Assembly: GCA_964510165.1 (NCBI GenBank)
Contig: CAZEBC010000078.1
Coordinates: 1 to 17,050 of the forward strand
Direction of reading: 5' to 3'
Length of the DNA: 17,050 bases
Origin: an uncultured bacterium
Lineage (GTDB): Bacteria; Abyssobacteria; SURF-5
Shown here: positions 15,560 to 17,050 of the stretch, piece after piece
Layout: the number at the start of each line of letters is the position of its first letter
Position numbering within the stretch: position 1 is the stretch's first letter
The notes under the pieces: model-generated
Database searches by the model: none
Seen by the model: the letters and a program-made list of their open reading frames with translations, nothing else
What the model was told of the DNA's origin: nothing
Program-made: the position numbers and the translations under genes

Positions 15560-16470
15560 CTTGTCAATCGGACGGCGAGTTTGATGGCCTCGACGAGGCT
15601 GGTTTCCGAGGCGAGGCCTTTGCCCGCGATGTCGAATGCCGTTCCGTGGTCGACCGAGGTTCGGACAAACGGCAGGCCAAGCGTGACGTTGACGCCCTTC
15701 TCGAACGCGACCATCTTGAACGGAGCGAGCGCCTGATCGTGATACATGCCGACCACGAGATGAAACTTGCGATTGTACGCGGCGTGAAAGAGCGTGTCGG
15801 CGGGGAGCGGTCCGAGAGCTTCGATGCCCGAGGCGCGAGCGTTCTCGACCGCCGGAGCTATCACGCGCGAGTCCTCGTCTCCAAAGGCGCCGTCCTCGCC
15901 CGCGTGCGGGTTCAGCCCGGCCACGCCAATGCGCGGAGCGGCGACGCCGAGTTTTTGCATCGCCTGGTTCGAGAGTCGGATAACGTCGAGCACCCTTTGT
16001 GTCGTGATGGCTCGAGCCACAGACCGGAGCGGCAGATGGGTGGTGACGAGCGAGACTTTCAGGCGCTTGCTGTGAAACATCATGGCGAATGAGCGCGTCT
16101 GCGCAACGTTGGCCAGGTATTCGGTGTGACCGGTGAAATCGGCGTAACCGGCCATGTGGATTGCGGCCTTGCTGACAGGCGCAGTCACGAGCGCGGCGAT
16201 GTCGCGGGCAAGCGCGGCCTTGACGGCGGCAATCAGATAGGAGAGTGCGGCTTCGCCCGCTTCGACGCTCTTCCGCCCGACTGGAATCTTCGCCGCCGTA
16301 CGTACCTCAACCAGTTTCGCTGCCACCGTGGCTCCGAGATACCGGGCGCTTCCGAACACGACGGGCGTACAGACGGACTGTATGGATTTGTTTGCGAGCG
16401 CCTTGGCGACTATCTCGGGGCCGATTCCGGCGGGGTCGCCCATGGTGATTCCGATGACGGGCTTGGGCAT
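15556..16470 (-). CDS. pdxA: 4-hydroxythreonine-4-phosphate dehydrogenase PdxA
   Basis: ITMGDPAGIGPE, TAPVSK, GHTE, TTHLPL, GLNPHAGE, MYHDQ, RTSVDHGTAFDIAGKG. Confidence 0.96.
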   Translation of the reverse strand: MPKPVIGITMGDPAGIGPEIVAKALANKSIQSVCTPVVFGSARYLGATVAAKLVEVRTAAKIPVGRKSVEAGEAALSYLIAAVKAALARDIAALVTAPVSKAAIHMAGYADFTGHTEYLANVAQTRSFAMMFHSKRLKVSLVTTHLPLRSVARAITTQRVLDVIRLSNQAMQKLGVAAPRIGVAGLNPHAGEDGAFGDEDSRVIAPAVENARASGIEALGPLPADTLFHAAYNRKFHLVVGMYHDQALAPFKMVAFEKGVNVTLGLPFVRTSVDHGTAFDIAGKGLASETSLVEAIKLAVRLTR

Positions 16471-17050
16471 CAGGCGCCCTTTCTCTGCGCGAACAGGGCG
16501 CGGACACGTTCGAGGTCGGCGGGCGTCTCGACGCTGATAGATTCGTAATCGGTGGTGAGTGCCTTTATCCTGATGCCGGCTTCGAGCACGCGGAGCTGTT
16601 CGAGGCGCTCGGCCCGCTCGAGCGGTGACGGCGGCATATTGGAGAACTCCAGAAGAAAGTCGCGCCGGAACGAATACAGTCCGATGTGCTTGAATACGAG
16701 TCCGCGATGTTCCTCGAAGCGGTCGCGGGTGAGGAACGGGACTGGCGCGCGGGAGAAATAGAGCGCGAAATCGTCCTTGTCGCAGACCACGCGCACCATG
16801 TTCGGATTTGTGAAATCCTCGTAAGAATTCATTGGCCGCTTGAGGGTTCCCATTTTGATGGTGGGGTCGTCGAACATGGTCTTGATGAGCAGGTCCACGG
16901 CGTCGGGGTCCACGAGCGGCTCGTCGCCCTGGACATTGATGTAGACATCGGCATGAAGCTTCGAGGCGACCTCGGCCATGCGGTCGGTGCCGGAATTGTG
17001 GTCCGGAGATGTCATCATCACGTTGCCGCCGAAGCCTTCGCAGGCCCGGC
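16470..17050 (-). CDS. kdsB: 3-deoxy-manno-octulosonate cytidylyltransferase (partial, start lies beyond the window)
   Basis: SGTDR, NVQGDEP, ALYFSRAPVP, HIGLY, LERAERLEQLRVLE; frame open to the window edge. Confidence 0.93.
   Translation of the reverse strand, partial: RACEGFGGNVMMTSPDHNSGTDRMAEVASKLHADVYINVQGDEPLVDPDAVDLLIKTMFDDPTIKMGTLKRPMNSYEDFTNPNMVRVVCDKDDFALYFSRAPVPFLTRDRFEEHRGLVFKHIGLYSFRRDFLLEFSNMPPSPLERAERLEQLRVLEAGIRIKALTTDYESISVETPADLERVRALFAQRKGA

Overview
GC-rich bacterial chromosomal segment, probably from a diderm (kdsB present), made mostly of housekeeping genes. The + strand carries ilvE, a Zn-finger/YIP1 membrane protein, an FxLYD-like lipoprotein, a pseudo-receiver/patatin fusion and a divergent ATP-PEP carboxykinase. 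The - strand carries def-recR-xerD-ABC ATPase-B12 radical SAM-PHP hydrolase-DUF6485-like, groES-groEL with a CIRCE operator, and kdsB-pdxA-rsmA. The most interesting signals are non-coding. (1) A ~195-nt structured pckA leader partly resembles the c-di-GMP-I (GEMM) riboswitch scaffold but differs at ligand-pocket and tertiary-contact positions, and it has a possible RBS-sequestering stem. (2) A candidate oriC with four DnaA boxes, arranged as an inverted pair of tandems, lies between rsmA and groES with no dnaA in the window. (3) A frameshifted ~140-bp remnant of a type IIG/IIL restriction-modification gene sits in a patch of 6-10-bp micro-repeats. (4) A REP-like palindrome, an operator-like triple half-site and a G-quadruplex motif occur in intergenic gaps. 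All calls come from reading motifs by eye; no database searches were run.
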